Assembly (NCBI RefSeq): GCF_011045215.1
Contig: NZ_CP049202.1
Direction: 5' to 3' (one strand)
Length of the DNA: 64,000 bases
Source: Escherichia coli
Lineage (GTDB): Bacteria > Pseudomonadota > Gammaproteobacteria > Enterobacterales > Enterobacteriaceae
Below, piece after piece: positions 50,348 to 61,347 of this stretch (positions are counted from its first letter, which is position 1; each line of letters begins with the position of its first letter). A model generated the notes under the pieces. The model was not told the DNA's origin. It saw only the letters and a list, made by a program, of their open reading frames with translations, and made no database searches. The position numbers were made by a program, and so were the translations under genes.

Positions 50348-52306
50348 TCAGGCGGCATCAGCCAGGTTATCGGTGCGTTCAGTGGCATCCGTCTGTGGGC
50401 GTGGTGCACACATCCAGCCAGGCACCCAGCGGTTGTCTTTCATGTGGAACTCTGCATGTTCAGCCGCATCGCCTTTCTTCATCTTCTCCGCGTCCCGTGC
50501 AGCACCGGACAGTCCTGCCTCATTCAGGGCTGCGATAATCTGCGGCTTTTTCAGGTGTCCGAAGAAGTTTGCTTTTGTCGGCTGCCACCAGTCGCGCATG
50601 TGAAAGCCGATGGCGCTTTCCAGCGAATCCAGCGGACTGCGTGACGTGTGACCATACTCACGGGTCTGAACACCGTGGATGCTGCACGCAGTGCAGAAAC
50701 TGAGCAGGGACAACAGCACCTCCTGACTGAGTGACAGGAACGTCGCCATGTCCCGTGACCATCCCTCCGGTAACAGGGCCGCAAGACGGGCTTTTTCTGC
50801 CATCATCGCCATGAACGCGGCACCTTCCTTCCCTGACGGCGCATCGCTGGTCAGCGAATAATGTTTACATTCCAGGCTGATTTGTGCTGGTTTACTGTAC
50901 GCTCCGCTGCCAAACACATTCAGGCAGAGCGTCCATGCCAGCAGTGCCAGAGATTTGTCCGGTTGCTGCATGAGTGCTGTCTGGACTGCCAGCGTGCGTT
51001 CGGAAGACATTTTCGTCAGCAGTGGCAGACTGATTTCCTCCACTGATGCTTTCTCCTGCACCTGTTCCGTGCGGTCAGCGTCATCAGTCGCGTCATCTTC
51101 ACTGCGCAACTGCACACCACGCTGGACACATACGTTTCCATAACGCCAGGACACCACCACGCCACTTCCGGCACGCATCTCCGGCGTCCACGCCCTGACC
51201 TTCGCCATGCAGTCAATCAGCTTCATTTCTGCTTCCAGCAGGTCGGATTCCTCACACTGATTTTCCAGCGCGTCGTAACGTGCCATCAGTTCGTTCAGGC
51301 GTTCTTCTTCCGCCTCCGTCAGCACAGCTTCCGGCTCCGGCAGACTGCGGTATGTTCCGGCATCCTCACGGCAGAAACCGACAGGCTCCATACGTCCAGC
51401 ACACCATTCCCAGCCTTCGGCTTCCCGAAGGTGTTCAGCAACAGCCTGGAGTTTTTCCAGCAGGGCGGCATCGAGCGCCACGCAGTCCACATAGCCACCC
51501 TCGTTGTCGCTGAACAAATCGGTGCGCAGTTCATCTGGCGAGAAGGCATCAGCCCCCACGAAGCGGAATTTACTGTTCCCCGCCACCACCACTTCACTTT
51601 CGGTCACCAGACGACGAATGGTCTGTACTTCCGGTTTTCCGCCCCATCCCGACTGACAGGCAGCTTCAAACACCTGTACCTGACGTGCGGTGTCGTTCTC
51701 CAGCGCCAGCGCCTGACAGTGCTCTGTGGTGATGCGGTCTTCTGCCAGCGCATCGAGGATGACAGGCGCAAGGTCAGCCAGTTTCAGCATTCGCTGAACG
51801 TGGCGGGGTGAATAGCCCAGCAAATCACCGATTTGTGCAGGTGTTTTGCCTTCCTGCGCCATTGCGCGGAATCCGGCAATCTGTTCGGCAGGGTGCATAT
51901 CCCGACGATGACCGTTTTCAGTCATTGATGCGGCAGTCGCCAGTTCCTGCGGAATGACCTTCACACGGACAGGCCAGTCAGCCGGAATGATGCCACGCTC
52001 TGCCAGCATGTTGAGTGCTGCCAGTCGGCGACCACCTGCGGCGACACCGTGGCGGTCACCTGGCAGGGCATGAACAACCAGATTCTGTAACAGGCCGACA
52101 CCTTTAATGGAGTCCGCCAGTTCGCTGACGGACTCCGCAGAATACGGCACCGTGCGCACATTCAGCGGTGACTTAATCAGTGAGGACAGCGGCACGCTCA
52201 CTTCCTCCGTCTGCGCCAGCAGGGCAGACAGGGCAGTCTCCTGCTCTTTTGACGGTTTACGGCTGGATTTACGCTCCGTTTTTGTCTTAGACTCTGTAAC
52301 TGACAT
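50348..52306 (-). CDS. ParB-like nuclease-domain protein (leading region)
   Basis: 652 aa with N-terminal ParB/Srx-like region. Confidence 0.75.
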   Translation of the reverse strand: MSVTESKTKTERKSSRKPSKEQETALSALLAQTEEVSVPLSSLIKSPLNVRTVPYSAESVSELADSIKGVGLLQNLVVHALPGDRHGVAAGGRRLAALNMLAERGIIPADWPVRVKVIPQELATAASMTENGHRRDMHPAEQIAGFRAMAQEGKTPAQIGDLLGYSPRHVQRMLKLADLAPVILDALAEDRITTEHCQALALENDTARQVQVFEAACQSGWGGKPEVQTIRRLVTESEVVVAGNSKFRFVGADAFSPDELRTDLFSDNEGGYVDCVALDAALLEKLQAVAEHLREAEGWEWCAGRMEPVGFCREDAGTYRSLPEPEAVLTEAEEERLNELMARYDALENQCEESDLLEAEMKLIDCMAKVRAWTPEMRAGSGVVVSWRYGNVCVQRGVQLRSEDDATDDADRTEQVQEKASVEEISLPLLTKMSSERTLAVQTALMQQPDKSLALLAWTLCLNVFGSGAYSKPAQISLECKHYSLTSDAPSGKEGAAFMAMMAEKARLAALLPEGWSRDMATFLSLSQEVLLSLLSFCTACSIHGVQTREYGHTSRSPLDSLESAIGFHMRDWWQPTKANFFGHLKKPQIIAALNEAGLSGAARDAEKMKKGDAAEHAEFHMKDNRWVPGWMCAPRPQTDATERTDNLADAA

Positions 52307-52369
52307 ATATTTCTCCTTTGACCGGGATGGTTGTATGTCTGCCGGACGCGTTCCCGTCCGGCACCTCTC

Positions 52370-53205
<836 letters not shown>

Positions 53206-53225
53206 GATGTGTCTCCTTCTGTTGA

Positions 53226-53790
53226 TGTTTTCAGCCCCCATCATCTTTTGAGTTTCAGGAGCCGCGGTTTGACGTTTTGCGGGGACCTGCCTTTTGTTCC
53301 CTCCGGTATTCACCATCACCTTTTTGAGAACCTTCGCCGCAAGGGGCATCACTGCCACGGCCGGAAACGACTGTCCGGGGGCAGACCGCAAAAGTTTTTG
53401 CCTGCTTCTGGGCAAAAACTTTTGCGGGATGTGCATTTCACCCCTGGACTGGCGGAGACGGTTGTGGCTGTATCAGCCCCCGGCGACAGGGGATTAAACA
53501 GGTGAATGGCACCGGACAGAACAACGGGCAGGGCCCCGCCGCAACGACGGAGAGCGCGTGCGCGAAACGGCGTTGCCCCTTACATCCCGGCGGCCTTTTG
53601 TCGGGATGCCGGGAGCGCAGGCCACGGCGCGACAGAGGCGGCGCGACCGGAACGGTCGCTGCAAGCCAGGGTTTCGCGTCAGGGATAGAAGCCCGCCAGG
53701 GCGGAGACAGCTCCGCTGGCTCCGTTCACGACAGCCCGCCCCGCCCCGCCAGGGGGACGCCCGGAAAAGCCATAAACAGGAGAGGAACGG
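53226..53790. repeat. ~540-bp structured repeat, copy 2 (candidate single-strand promoter upstream of ssb)
   Basis: near-identical to 47838..48380, ends about 20 bp upstream of the ssb RBS. Confidence 0.6.
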
Positions 53791-53817
53791 AAAGAAGAGG
53801 AAGAGGAAAAAGAAAAA

Positions 53818-53841
53818 GAAGAAGAAGAAGAAGAAGAAGAA
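53818..53841. repeat. (GAA)8 trinucleotide microsatellite
   Basis: gaagaagaagaagaagaagaagaa read directly; absent from repeat copy 1. Confidence 0.9.
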
Positions 53842-54018
53842 CAATAACAAGCACGGTAACCACAGAAAAATAACATCAGAAAAAAACATTCCGGACACAT
53901 CACAAACAGGAAGGGTAACGGGCGACGCGTCAGCGTGGCCCGCTTCCCTTCCGGCAGGCGTCAGCCTGCCAGGGGTTTTCGCGCGGGCTGACAGGCGGCC
54001 TCCACCGCCTGCCCTGTA

Positions 54019-54210
54019 TCACCTGTTTCTGCTGCCCTGAAGGATGTACTGACCGCCGAGGAATACAGCCTGCTGATTCGCCACAAAATCGCAGATTTCA
54101 TCAACAATCTGCGCCGTGGTGAGCGGTTTCTGCCCCATTTCACGACGTCGTGCATTAATCACAGCTTTGTAATTACGCAGAATTTCGCGGGTTTCCGTGC
54201 TGATATTCAT
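54019..54210 (-). CDS. hypothetical small protein
   Basis: 63-aa ORF coupled to the stop of the upstream ORF. Confidence 0.4.
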   Translation of the reverse strand: MNISTETREILRNYKAVINARRREMGQKPLTTAQIVDEICDFVANQQAVFLGGQYILQGSRNR

Positions 54211-54629
54211 TACCCGTTCTCCCCGTCCAGCGCCTGACGCATCACCCGCATAATCTCACGTTCTTCCCTGACAAATGCGTCACCGTCGCCCCCGTTCTCG
54301 CTCCCGACAGCATGGAGGCGATAAATTTCACTACCAGCCATCACCATCACTTTTTCCAGCAGCACCGCAGGGACTGTTACAAGACGGTTTACGCGCTTTT
54401 CCTCCATCAGTTCATTGACAATATCGGAAACAACTCTGTCACATGCGCCATATACAAAAGCATCGTCCAGCCGCTGCATGACGGTTTCCAGCTCATCGTC
54501 TGTCAGACTCCAGTCCTGGGCTATGTGACGCACATCCCCACGGGTCAGCACCACGGCAAAAACGCATTCACTGTCCGGCACGTCTGTATCCAGTACATCG
54601 CGAATGATTTCTTTAACAGTACAGTACAT
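54210..54629 (-). CDS. leading-region hypothetical protein, paralogous to 56333..56767
   Basis: 139 aa; shares MY.T..E...., SLTD.E..TV..R..D and VTVPA.LL motifs with the 155-aa ORF. Confidence 0.55.
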   Translation of the reverse strand: MYCTVKEIIRDVLDTDVPDSECVFAVVLTRGDVRHIAQDWSLTDDELETVMQRLDDAFVYGACDRVVSDIVNELMEEKRVNRLVTVPAVLLEKVMVMAGSEIYRLHAVGSENGGDGDAFVREEREIMRVMRQALDGENG

Positions 54630-54675
54630 GTTCTCGTCTCCTTTACAGGGGCGGCATTGCCGCCCCGTCCGTTAA

Positions 54676-55101
54676 TCAGTCCAGTGCCGCGTAAATCGCG
54701 TTGCATTCAGGGTGAAATTCGATGTGACGCCACAACTGCGCATCACGCATCCGGTAAAGCTGAGTCAGCCCCGCATCACCGCTGTCGTGGTACAGCCACA
54801 ACTGACGGTTAATCACAAGGGAAGTCAGAATGACACCTGCGGCATCAGCACTCACAGTACGGTCAAACCAGTTTGCACCGTTCACCATGTGGAAACGGTC
54901 GCCATCCGGCATCATGTAACCGCCACCGTCCGGCAGGCGGATGAAGTGCCAGAATCCGCCTTCATATTCCGGCATCATTTTTTTCGCCAGCGCGTATACA
55001 GACGCTTCGGCATACAGAAAATCCTGGCCAAACAGGTAAGGCAGAAAAGACAGACGGTCGCACTCTTCAACGTTCAGAGTGACAGATTTCGCATATTGCA
55101 T
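54676..55101 (-). CDS. antirestriction-like protein (KlcA/ArdB-type, tentative)
   Basis: 141-aa acidic protein at the position where F-like leading regions carry an antirestriction homolog; assignment from recall only. Confidence 0.45.
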   Translation of the reverse strand: MQYAKSVTLNVEECDRLSFLPYLFGQDFLYAEASVYALAKKMMPEYEGGFWHFIRLPDGGGYMMPDGDRFHMVNGANWFDRTVSADAAGVILTSLVINRQLWLYHDSGDAGLTQLYRMRDAQLWRHIEFHPECNAIYAALD

Positions 55102-55138
55102 GATGTTTTCCTCCGTTGTTCACATATTCCGCGACACC

Positions 55139-55372
55139 GGGCGGTGCCGTGCCTCCATAAAAGCCGGGCGATAAGGCGGGGATGCAGGGGCGCAAGGGAA
55201 GCCGCAGCCTGACGCACACGGCTGACGGGAGTTGGAGGGTGAGACCGCGAAATCTGAGCGGGTGAACGACCGGAAAATCACGGCAGACGGGAAGAAAGGA
55301 CCGGGTGACCGCAGCGGCAAAGCGTACCCTTGCATCCCTGCCAGCCCGGCTAAGATGGAGGCACGGCACAGC
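55139..55372. promoter_or_regulatory. long imperfect inverted repeat (candidate single-strand promoter)
   Basis: arms GGCGGTGCCGTGCCTCCAT... and ...ATGGAGGCACGGCACAGCC with about 60-nt pairing, directly upstream of 54676..55101. Confidence 0.45.
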
Positions 55373-55517
55373 CCGCACACGACGCTGAGGCCACATAACT
55401 GAAAAACCACAAGGCCATGCCCTGCATGGCCGGGTAAAGCGGAGCCGGCGGCGACTTCCTTTGTGCTCTGTCCGGGGACCGGCAGGAAAAAGGCGGGGAT
55501 TTACCCCGCCAACGTCA

Positions 55518-56288
55518 TCATTTCCGGATTTTTGCCAGGGCATCCGCCATGCTGCGGATTTCGGCCCGGGCTTCCCGGACCACCTCCCGCAGAACACCAC
55601 GGTCAAACCAGCGGCGGGGCGGTTCATCCGGTATACGCAGCACATCGCAGGCCAGCCCACTGGACAGGATATGCTCAATACAATCGCTGACCAGGTACAT
55701 TTCCACCGACGAAAAACGTGCTCCCCGGTTCACGATGGCATCGAGCACCACGGGCAGGTTTTCGTCATCTTCATCGAGCCAGCAGGGGTGATCGCTTTCC
55801 TTCACAACCAGACGAAAGCGGCGCGTCTGGCGGGTCAGCAACGTCTGACCGGTGGTGGTCAGCGCCGCCCGGATACGCCGCGCATCGTCTGCCACCTGGT
55901 AACAGATGCTTCGTATTGCATCGCGCACCGCCGCAAGTACAGCCCTGATTTCGTCTTCTGCCAGCCACTCACCGGCATACGGGAAAGACACCTGCGTTCC
56001 GTCTGCCGGAAGTACCGGCAGCGACTGCCACTGACTGCCGGACAGAACAAGTTCCGCCCCGGTTCCGGTCAGTTTCTGAATGGCAGAGGCCAGGTGCGGC
56101 GGCAGTACGCCGCCGTGACGGTTGATAAGTAACGTCGCCAGCCGGGGCGTATCCAGCCGCACGTAAATGCTGATCCAGCCCGGATGGTTCGGATTTCGCT
56201 GGTCAACATCCGTCTCTTCCGGCCAGCCCTGCGCCAGCAGCAGGTTACGGGCGTGGCGACAAATCAGTGCATTCAGCGTTTCGTTCAT
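55518..56288 (-). CDS. leading-region hypothetical protein (256 aa)
   Basis: long ORF with protein-like composition; no motif recognised. Confidence 0.55.
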   Translation of the reverse strand: MNETLNALICRHARNLLLAQGWPEETDVDQRNPNHPGWISIYVRLDTPRLATLLINRHGGVLPPHLASAIQKLTGTGAELVLSGSQWQSLPVLPADGTQVSFPYAGEWLAEDEIRAVLAAVRDAIRSICYQVADDARRIRAALTTTGQTLLTRQTRRFRLVVKESDHPCWLDEDDENLPVVLDAIVNRGARFSSVEMYLVSDCIEHILSSGLACDVLRIPDEPPRRWFDRGVLREVVREARAEIRSMADALAKIRK

Positions 56289-56332
56289 GATTCATGGTCT
56301 CCCTGAATCGCCGCCCGCAGGCGGCGATAACA

Positions 56333-56767
56333 TCAGTCGTTTTCGCGTGTGTTGTTTTTCAGCAGGGCGCGGGCCTGATTAACCACCGCCAGTCGGCGGG
56401 TGACGCATTCCGGGACGACGAGGCCGTTATCACGGGCGGCCCACTCACGTTTCCACAGTGCCTGTTCAGCGGTCTGAATCAGGGACGCCAGCAGTTCAGC
56501 AGGGACGGTCACCTGGCGGTTTTCGCTCACGTTGCTGATAATCTCCATCACCGCGGCGGAAGAAATACCGGATTCAGTCCTCTGGTCTTCCGGGATGTCC
56601 TCCATGCGCGCCAGGACGGTCCTGATTTCATGATCGGTCAGAGAAATTTCCATACCGTCAGCCAGTGCCTGAATCTCTTCCGGAGACCAGATAACCAGCA
56701 TCAGCGGCGTGTCTCCCGGATACTTTGCTGCCAGCTCCCGGCAGAGCGTTTCGCATGTTCCGTACAT
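56333..56767 (-). CDS. leading-region hypothetical protein, paralogous to 54210..54629
   Basis: about 144 aa from internal start MYGTCETL... Confidence 0.55.
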   Translation of the reverse strand: MYGTCETLCRELAAKYPGDTPLMLVIWSPEEIQALADGMEISLTDHEIRTVLARMEDIPEDQRTESGISSAAVMEIISNVSENRQVTVPAELLASLIQTAEQALWKREWAARDNGLVVPECVTRRLAVVNQARALLKNNTREND

Positions 56768-56780
56768 TCTCGTCTCCTTC

Positions 56781-57002
56781 TCAATCTTTAAAGCACGCAT
56801 CCAGTTCCAGAATTTCGGTATATGCCTCCATCAGGAGGCGGTTTGCGCGAAACAACGTCTGACGCACCAGACGTTCCGGCAGGGTGTCAGCATTAAAGCT
56901 GTACCGCCGCTCCATCTCATTCATGGTTGTACGCAGGTCGCACATGGCATTGGCCACCTCCGCCACTTCGGCGCGAAGTTTTTCGTGTCCGGCATAGTTC
57001 AT
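56781..57002 (-). CDS. hypothetical small protein
   Basis: 73-aa ORF abutting the methyltransferase gene. Confidence 0.35.
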   Translation of the reverse strand: MNYAGHEKLRAEVAEVANAMCDLRTTMNEMERRYSFNADTLPERLVRQTLFRANRLLMEAYTEILELDACFKD

Positions 57003-57686
57003 TTACGCAGCCTCCGGCATAAACCAGTCATCATTCGCGGCCCCCTGCTGCATGGCCCGTTGCACGGCGGCAAGGCGTTGCTGCCCGGCACGGTGATACT
57101 GCTCAAGCAGCTCGATACCGATATACCGGCGTCCGGACTGGAGGGCGGCGACGCAGGTTGAGCCGCTGCCTGCAAACGGGTCCAGCACAATTGCGTTCGG
57201 GTGTGTGAAGCTCTCAATCAGCGGTTGCAGGCTGGTAACGGGCTTTTCCGTCGGGTGATGGCGATTGCCCGAATATTTCCAGCCCAGCACGTCCGGCGGC
57301 GGGTTTTGTGGCAGACGTGGACGGCCTTTTGCCAGGATGTAGGCGCATTCGTGGCGATAGCCCACATATGCGGCCTTCGATGTGTAGTTTTTGGTGAAGA
57401 CCAGGTGACCAACAACGCTGAATCCCGCATTTTTCCAGGCGGCAATAAAGCGATCGACGCGGTTCCAGCCATAGAAGCTCACCATTAACGCGTCTTTTTT
57501 CAGCACGCGGTACATCTCATTACAGGCCGGTTGCAGCCATTCATCGGTTTTATCTCCGGCGATGGTGCGCCCGGAACGGTCACGAAAACCGACGAGATAT
57601 GGCGGGTCAGTTAATATGAAATCAATGGCGTTATCAGGGATACGCGTCATAACATCGATGCAGTTACCAAGAACAAAACGGGACAT
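57003..57686 (-). CDS. orphan DNA methyltransferase (DPPY motif, N6-adenine/N4-cytosine class)
   Basis: 227 aa with DPPY catalytic motif and FAGSGST AdoMet-binding motif; no adjacent restriction endonuclease gene. Confidence 0.85.
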   Translation of the reverse strand: MSRFVLGNCIDVMTRIPDNAIDFILTDPPYLVGFRDRSGRTIAGDKTDEWLQPACNEMYRVLKKDALMVSFYGWNRVDRFIAAWKNAGFSVVGHLVFTKNYTSKAAYVGYRHECAYILAKGRPRLPQNPPPDVLGWKYSGNRHHPTEKPVTSLQPLIESFTHPNAIVLDPFAGSGSTCVAALQSGRRYIGIELLEQYHRAGQQRLAAVQRAMQQGAANDDWFMPEAA

Positions 57687-58034
57687 AATAACGCTCCTTC
57701 TCTTACAGAGGGCACCGGGAGGGCACCCCTGTGGTGCCCGTTCCCCGCTGCCTGTGGGCTGTTCACCGCGTCCGGTAACGGGTCAGGCCGACCGTGGAAT
57801 ATCGCAGCCGTCGTCTTTTTGACGGCGAGAATATGCCGCGAAAGCGGCTTGAAGGGCGTTCATCAGAAAAGGGCGACAGGCTGGCGTACACTGTCACCGG
57901 TACCAGCCGGGAGCAGTAAAAGCGCCCGTCCCGTGCCCGCCGGACGCGGGACACTGACCACAGGCAGCGTTCCTGCCGCGCCGCGTCAGCCGGCGCAGTA
58001 AAAAGAGGAGCACGGCGACATCCTTTGTCGGAAA

Positions 58035-58062
58035 AGAAACGGGCGGTTGCCCGCCCGTCTCC
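58035..58062 (-). terminator. rho-independent terminator-like hairpin after the 323-aa ORF
   Basis: GGGCGG-GCAA-CCGCCC then U-rich run on the minus strand. Confidence 0.45.
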
Positions 58063-58070
58063 GTCATACT

Positions 58071-58997
58071 TCATCCGCCATAATGCGCCACATTGTCGAC
58101 TATCCACGCAGGTCCGGTGACTTCCGGCAGCTCATCGTCATCTGTCGGGGAAGAGCATTCCAGTTCCCCCCACAGCACATCAACGAGCTCTCCGCGCTCA
58201 TACAACTGCCAGCCACAGAAATTGCAGCCCTGTTCGGCGTACCAGTGCTCCAGCGTGCAGCCGAAACGGCGGCTTAATTCTGCAACAACGTTGCTTTCCG
58301 GCTGACACCACGGCGTGTCGAAATCCACCTGAATGAAGTTGTCTCCCTGACGGCTGATATTCACCTCATACCTCACAGGCCACTTCACGCCATACTGTTC
58401 CGTATACCAGTGATACGCAGAAGGAACACCGTTCAGAACACCACCGTTAAAGCCATTCACTTCAACATCCAGGCGGGTGGGCAGAACCGTCAGCAGGTCA
58501 AACGGCATGGTTTTTTCCGGCAGTACATTGTCACACAGACGGTTCCACCACACCGATACATCCTCGTTACTCCAGAAGCCACACCAGTCACCTCTTTTGG
58601 CGGTGAAATGCACGGTGATGGTTTCTCTGACCTCATCCGGTAATCCTTCCCAGCGACGCTGGCCAGTACCACTCTGCAGCCAGAGTTCATGCAGCATCAG
58701 GCAGTTTTGCTCATCCAGCAGTACACCGTCCTGCAGGTATGTCAGCCAGCGGGTGAACGCGATATTCTCCGGCGATACAACACCACGTCCGGCAGCCGTC
58801 AGTCCGGGGCACGGTTCAAACTGCACATCTTCAGTGGTCTGCAGAAGTCCGGCACTTCCGGCCAGAAATAGCTGAATACCTTCATTTGTGGCGCGGCGAT
58901 AAAGCGGTATGACTGCACCGCTGGCCAGTCGTTTAATCTCAGCGATCTGTGCCGGTTCACCAGAAAAATACATACGATTCGAGCACCAGTTTAGCAT
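58071..58997 (-). CDS. leading-region hypothetical protein (about 309 aa)
   Basis: W-rich ORF with its own upstream hairpin and downstream terminator. Confidence 0.55.
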   Translation of the reverse strand: MLNWCSNRMYFSGEPAQIAEIKRLASGAVIPLYRRATNEGIQLFLAGSAGLLQTTEDVQFEPCPGLTAAGRGVVSPENIAFTRWLTYLQDGVLLDEQNCLMLHELWLQSGTGQRRWEGLPDEVRETITVHFTAKRGDWCGFWSNEDVSVWWNRLCDNVLPEKTMPFDLLTVLPTRLDVEVNGFNGGVLNGVPSAYHWYTEQYGVKWPVRYEVNISRQGDNFIQVDFDTPWCQPESNVVAELSRRFGCTLEHWYAEQGCNFCGWQLYERGELVDVLWGELECSSPTDDDELPEVTGPAWIVDNVAHYGG

Positions 58998-59019
58998 GGG
59001 AATTCTCCTCTCACATGCG

Positions 59020-59195
59020 GCCTCCATCAGGCCGTGCCGCACCTGTAACCGGGCGACCGCATACGAATGCAGGTGCGGCCCCGAAGCCGCAGCGCGTGGA
59101 GGAGGAACGACGAAACGTGACCGGGTGAGGAGGCCTGCGACAGCGACACACTTGCATCGGATGCAGCCCGGTTAACGTGCCGGCACGGCCTGGGT
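59020..59195. promoter_or_regulatory. long imperfect inverted repeat (candidate single-strand promoter)
   Basis: arms CAGGCCGTGCCGCACCTG and GTGCCGGCACGGCCTGG with nested inner arms, about 25 bp upstream of the 58997 start. Confidence 0.4.
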
Positions 59196-59351
59196 AACCA
59201 GGTATTTTGTCCACAGAACCGTGCACAAAATGCTGTGGATAAGCTGGACACAACAGTCCACAGCAGGCATACAGCCACACTCTCAGAGAATTGAGCGTTT
59301 TTTAGTCACAATAATGACATTTGACTGTGTGTGGATTCAGTTATTAGAATA

Positions 59352-59367
59352 CTGTATATACATACAG
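59352..59367. promoter_or_regulatory. LexA (SOS) box
   Basis: CTGTATATACATACAG fits CTGT-N8-ACAG, 24 bp upstream of the impC-like start. Confidence 0.75.
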
Positions 59368-59390
59368 CAAAAGAAAAGGGAGATGAGAAC

Positions 59391-59639
59391 ATGATCCGCA
59401 TTGAAATTCTTTTCGACCACCAGAGCACAAAAAACCTCAAATCAGGCACACTTCAGGCGCTACAGAATGAAATCGAACAACGTCTGAAACCACACTACCC
59501 GGAAATCTGGCTACGTATAGACCAGGGCAGCGCCCCGTCTGTATCTGTCACTGGAGCCCGCAACGACAAGGATAAAGAACGTATCCAGTCTCTGCTGGAA
59601 GAAATCTGGCAGGACGACAGCTGGCTGCCCGCAGCATGA
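59391..59639 (+). CDS. impC: DinI-like protein (ImpC-type)
   Basis: 82 aa from ATG with GGGAG RBS; DinI-like sequence; first gene of an SOS operon. Confidence 0.7.
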   Translation: MIRIEILFDHQSTKNLKSGTLQALQNEIEQRLKPHYPEIWLRIDQGSAPSVSVTGARNDKDKERIQSLLEEIWQDDSWLPAA

Positions 59640-60073
59640 GTACCGTTTATCACCGTCCGGCTGACCCTTCAGGCGATGACAGTTACGTGCGACCGTTGTT
59701 TGCCGATCGTTGCCAGGCCGGTTTTCCTTCGCCTGCCACTGATTATGCTGAGCAGGAACTGGATCTGAACAGCTATTGCATCAGCAGACCTGCAGCCACC
59801 TTCTTTCTGCGCGCCAGCGGTGAATCGATGAACCAGTCTGGCGTGCAGAATGGTGATCTGCTGGTAGTGGACAGGGCCGAAAAACCACAACACGGGGACA
59901 TCGTTATCGCTGAGATCGACGGTGAGTTCACCGTCAAACGACTGCTGTTGCGCCCACGCCCGGCACTGGAGCCGGTTTCAGACAGCCCGGAGTTCCGCAC
60001 ACTGTATCCGGAAAACATCTGTATTTTTGGTATTGTCACTCACGTGATACACAGGACGCGGGAGTTACGCTGA
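59636..60073 (+). CDS. impA: UmuD-like protein (ImpA-type)
   Basis: 145 aa with LexA/UmuD-like peptidase region (...GESMNQSGVQNGDLLVVDR...). Confidence 0.85.
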   Translation: MSTVYHRPADPSGDDSYVRPLFADRCQAGFPSPATDYAEQELDLNSYCISRPAATFFLRASGESMNQSGVQNGDLLVVDRAEKPQHGDIVIAEIDGEFTVKRLLLRPRPALEPVSDSPEFRTLYPENICIFGIVTHVIHRTRELR

Positions 60074-61343
60074 TGTTTGCACTGGCTGATATCAACAGTT
60101 TCTACGCCTCATGTGAAAAAGTTTTCCGCCCGAACCTTCGCAACGAACCGGTCATCGTACTCAGCAATAACGATGGCTGTGTGATCGCGCGCAGCCCGGA
60201 GGCAAAAGCCCTTGGCATCAGAATGGGGCAGCTCTGGTTTCAGGTGAGACAAATGCGCCTGGAGAAGAAAATACATGTATTTTCCAGCAATTATGCGCTG
60301 TACCACAGCATGAGCCAACGGGTTATGGCTGTTCTGGAGTCGCTTTCTCCCGCAGTTGAGCCCTACTCAATTGATGAAATGTTCATTGATTTGCGGGGGA
60401 TAAATCATTGCATCTCTCCGGAGGTTTTTGGTCATCAGCTCAGGGAACAGGTAAAGAGCTGGACAGGACTCACCATGGGGGTGGGCATTGCGCCTACAAA
60501 AACGCTGGCTAAAAGTGCACAGTGGGCAACAAAGCAATGGCCACAGTTTTCCGGTGTGGTCGCGCTGACGGCAGAAAACCGTAATCGGAGCTTGAAGCTA
60601 CTGGGGCTGCAGCCAGTTGGTGAGGTCTGGGGAGTAGGACGCAAACTGACGGAAAAGCTGAATGCGCTGGGTATTAACACAGCACTGCAACTGGCGCAGG
60701 CTAACACGGCATTCATCCGGAAAAACTTCAGCGTCATTCTTGAGCGTACGGTACGCGAACTCAACGGCGAGTCCAGCATATCCCTGGAAGAAGCACCACC
60801 GGCAAAACAGCAGATTGTCTGTAGTCGCAGTTTTGGTGAACGAATCACAGACAAAGATGCCATGCACCAGGCTGTTGTTCAGTATGCAGAGCGGGCCGCA
60901 GAGAAACTACGTGGGGAGCGTCAGTATTGTCGGCAGGTGACGACATTTGTACGGACATCCCCCTTTGCAGTAAAAGAACCCTGTTACAGCAATGCCGCTG
61001 TGGAAAAGCTTTCATTGCCACACAGGACAGCCGGGACATTATTGCCGCCGCATGCAGAGCCTTAAACCATGTCTGGCGTGAAGGGTACCGCTATATGAAG
61101 GCAGGAGTCATGCTGGCTGATTTCACACCATCGGGTATAGCGCAGCCGGGATTATTTGATGAAATCCAGCCCCGTAAAAACAGTGAAAAGTTAATGAAAA
61201 CACTCGATGAACTGAACCAGTCGGGAAAAGGGAAAGTGTGGTTTGCGGGGCGAGGAACCGCCCCTGAATGGCAAATGAAACGGGAAATGCTATCGCCTTC
61301 GTATACAACACAATGGACTGAGATCCCCATTGCTTCATTCTGA
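60073..61343 (+). pseudogene. impB: UmuC-like Y-family DNA polymerase (ImpB-type) with frameshift near 61010-61020
   Basis: 330-aa ORF (MFALADINSFYASCEKVFRP...) continues as a 138-aa ORF in another frame; together about 423 codons. Confidence 0.75.
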
Positions 61344-61347
61344 TATA

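Noticed and set aside
53206-53436. 77-codon N-terminal extension of the ssb ORF
   Set aside because: The extension lies in the structured repeat; ATG at 53205 has a good RBS and gives a 179-aa SSB.
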